Shown here piece by piece: positions 61,445-64,000 of a stretch of 64,000 nt of DNA. The notes under the pieces are model-generated. The model did not search any database, had not been told where the DNA came from, and was given only the letters and a program-made list of their open reading frames with translations. The stretch lies in assembly GCA_040954595.2 (NCBI GenBank), contig CM082576.2, positions 14,201,129-14,265,128 on the forward strand. Direction: 5' to 3'. Both the position numbers and the translations under genes were made by a program. Position 1 is the first letter of the stretch, and each line of letters starts with the position of its first letter. The DNA comes from Balanoglossus misakiensis. Its lineage: Eukaryota; Animalia; Hemichordata.

Positions 61445-61765
61445 AATTTGAACAATGAAAAACGAAATGAAATGAAATTATAAAAATAATAATAATAAAT
61501 TAAAACGAAATTAAAAACAAAATTGAATAAAACAAATTTGAAAAGAAAAGAAAACATAATAAAATGAAAAGAAAATGAAAAGAAATTAAAAACAAAATTG
61601 AATAAAAAAATGAAAAGAAAAGAAAACACAATAAAATGAAAATAAAATAAAAAAAAAATAAAAAAAAAATATTTGAAAATAAAAAAACAATAAAATGAAA
61701 AAAAAAAAAAAAAAATTAAAAAAATAAAAGAAAACAAATTTAAAAGTGAAATGAAATGAAATGCA
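61445..61765. repeat. A-rich low-complexity tract (AAAAT/GAAAT-like units)
   Basis: Directly visible in the sequence. Confidence 0.8.
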
Positions 61766-63479
61766 ATTCGTTTCAGCCATGGACTACAGCTGCCATAGTT
61801 TACCGGCATGCATTTCGGCCACCATAGACTTAACACGCAATGGCAGTGGCAGGTCCAGCCATACGTATCGCAAAGATTTTTTTTTTCCGAATGGAATTTT
61901 TTTCACCCATGGACTACAGCTGCCTACAGATGCCACAGTATCACGTGACGACGCCTTGTACAACAACATGAACGAGGTTGGGGCCTTTATGTTTTACCCA
62001 TGGAGATAAACTCGCTGAAGGTTAACTCGCTGTAAGCCTTATATTCAATATGGCGATCTCAACATGTAAACACACAAAAATAAACCAGAACGTGAGCGGT
62101 TCGGATGTTAGGACAAGTTAATCGCATCATATTTGGAGTCGGTTAGGAGGTATTGAAATATACTCAGAGAATAATAGTGATGCATTCAACTTTCGGAAAT
62201 GTTCCATCTACCATTACACAACAGGTCATGATTTTCACTGAAGTTTTATTTATTTTACAATGAAACTGACAAGAAATGTAAGGCTTACATGTACAATTCA
62301 AATAGGAAATTAAGGGTCTTTACATATGTCATTTACAAATTTTATGAATTCAAGATATTCTGCAAATGATTTGACTGATGAAAATATCATCCAGGCACAT
62401 TACATAAGTATTGAAGACTTCATGACATTAATTGCTTCCTGGTAGACATGGTTAAACAAACGATATCGCAAAAAGTAACTCCTCAGCAAATGAATAAATG
62501 GTAAAGAACGATTATTCATTTTGGCGAGTTTTTTCACTCTCCTATCTATAAGAGGGATGGAAGTTGTGTGTGGTTGAACGTTCATTCACTATATATCCAC
62601 ATGTAGAATAACAAACGGCGTCTTGTATCAAATAAAATTAATGGAAAAAAGGGCAGCGAGAGAGAGACTTTGTCCCTTTAAATTTCCGACCTACACACGC
62701 GGGTTAACAATGAATAAAAATAAAATCAGAATCCAAAAATCGCAGTGATAATGTCTCTGTGTCACGATGTGGGTGTGAAATGATCTGATAATGCTGATAT
62801 CATCCGATCATGGACGTTTACCATGCAGTAACTGTGATACTATAAACCGTGGATCGGAACAAAATTTTGTACAGTTTTATAGCCTTTTACCTAGGTAAAT
62901 ACACTTCGACACATCATATTTTCACACATTTTTATTTGTATACATACGTTGTTCTGTGATTGCCCTTAACGCAGCTGTACCGTTGGGGTGGGGGCTGATT
63001 ACTCCCACGGACAGCTAGCTGCGGGCCAACCCCATTCTAAGACGTGTAGTTGCAACGACCCGACTTGTGTAGGAACATTTGAACGGCAACAGAAAGCAAA
63101 GTGAGCGTAATTCAATAAAACGACCTATACAAGCCTGAACTCTGATTATTTCTGGTCCCAAAACTCCTTTCGTGAAAAACTCACTGGACTGTTTACGTAT
63201 TTCAGCGAGTACTACCCGCTGGAAGTGACTGGGATTATGCTAAGTAATGAGACCTCGCACACAGTAGTGAGTGAGTGTGAGGGTCAAAGTCCGCTGCCGG
63301 AGTTGTGGCGCAAATTAGATTGTGTAAATTGAACTTCTGGGATATGGGGTGAGATCCCCGCCAAAACTAAAATAATTCGATTAATGCTTTTTGCTATTTA
63401 GTATTATTAACTATTTTTATCATTATTTGCTAAACATTTTATATTTGCAGAGATGGGTGCTGATTATTAGCAATTATGT

Positions 63480-64000
63480 GCTCAATTATAAGCAGGTAAA
63501 CGATTTAGCGCTGAATTTTTCAAAGCTTTATAATTAGGTGACGAATTATTAATATGTAAAATATTTAATGCTGAATTATTTTAGCAGTGGTATGATTAGG
63601 TGCCGCCTTATTAGTAGGTGAAAATTTTGCTGCTGAATTATTAGCAGCTTTATGATTAGGTGCCGCATTATTAGTAGGTAAAATATTTGATGCTGAATTA
63701 TTTTAGCAGCGTTATGATTAGGTGCCGCATTATTAGTAGGTGAAAAATTTGGTGCTGAATTATTAGCAGCTTTATGATTAGGTGCCGCATTATTAGTAGG
63801 TAAAATATTTGATGCTGAATTATTTTAGCAGCGTTATGATTAGGTGCCGCATTATTAGTAGGTGAAAAATTTGGTGCTGAATTATTAGCAGCTTTATGAT
63901 TAGGTGCCGCATTATTAGTAGGTAAAATATTTGATGCTGAATTATTTTAGCAGCGTTATGATTAGGTGCCGCATTATTAGTAGGTGAAAAATTTGGTGCT
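63480..64000. repeat. Minisatellite with alternating 60/62-bp monomers (122-bp dimer), running off the window end
   Basis: 'tgccgcattattagtagg' occurs at 63661, 63723, 63783, 63845, 63905 and 63967. Confidence 0.92.

Noticed and set aside
63480-64000. CRISPR-like regularly spaced repeats
   Set aside because: There are no unique spacers, the context is eukaryotic and no cas genes are present; it is a tandem satellite.

Overview
Eukaryotic (metazoan) genomic DNA with GT-AG introns, microsatellites and MITEs. The gene content and repeat style suggest a marine invertebrate deuterostome such as a hemichordate; this is inference only. By reading splice sites I reconstructed five genes: (1, 2) two tandem 7-exon organic solute transporter alpha (SLC51A/OST-alpha-like) paralogs on the minus strand; (3) a divergently transcribed 5-exon gene for an unannotated type I single-pass membrane protein with two Cys-containing repeats; (4) a very large minus-strand mosaic gene (signal peptide, poly-Arg, TSP1, about 14 EGF modules, long unknown regions including a coiled-coil/Cys-loop/hydrophobic helical hairpin, two Ig domains, an Ephrin_rec_like module and a probable TM tail); (5) a proteinase K/PCSK9-like S8 subtilase with an I9 prodomain and two C-terminal PAN/Apple domains. 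Non-genic highlights are a 4.19-kb foldback-type element with about 1.5-kb inverted arms built partly of a 170-bp repeat, two copies of a TAA-flanked Harbinger-like MITE, and a hierarchical 30/60/122-bp satellite at the window end. No prokaryotic features, CRISPR arrays or rRNA are seen. All exon coordinates were read by eye.
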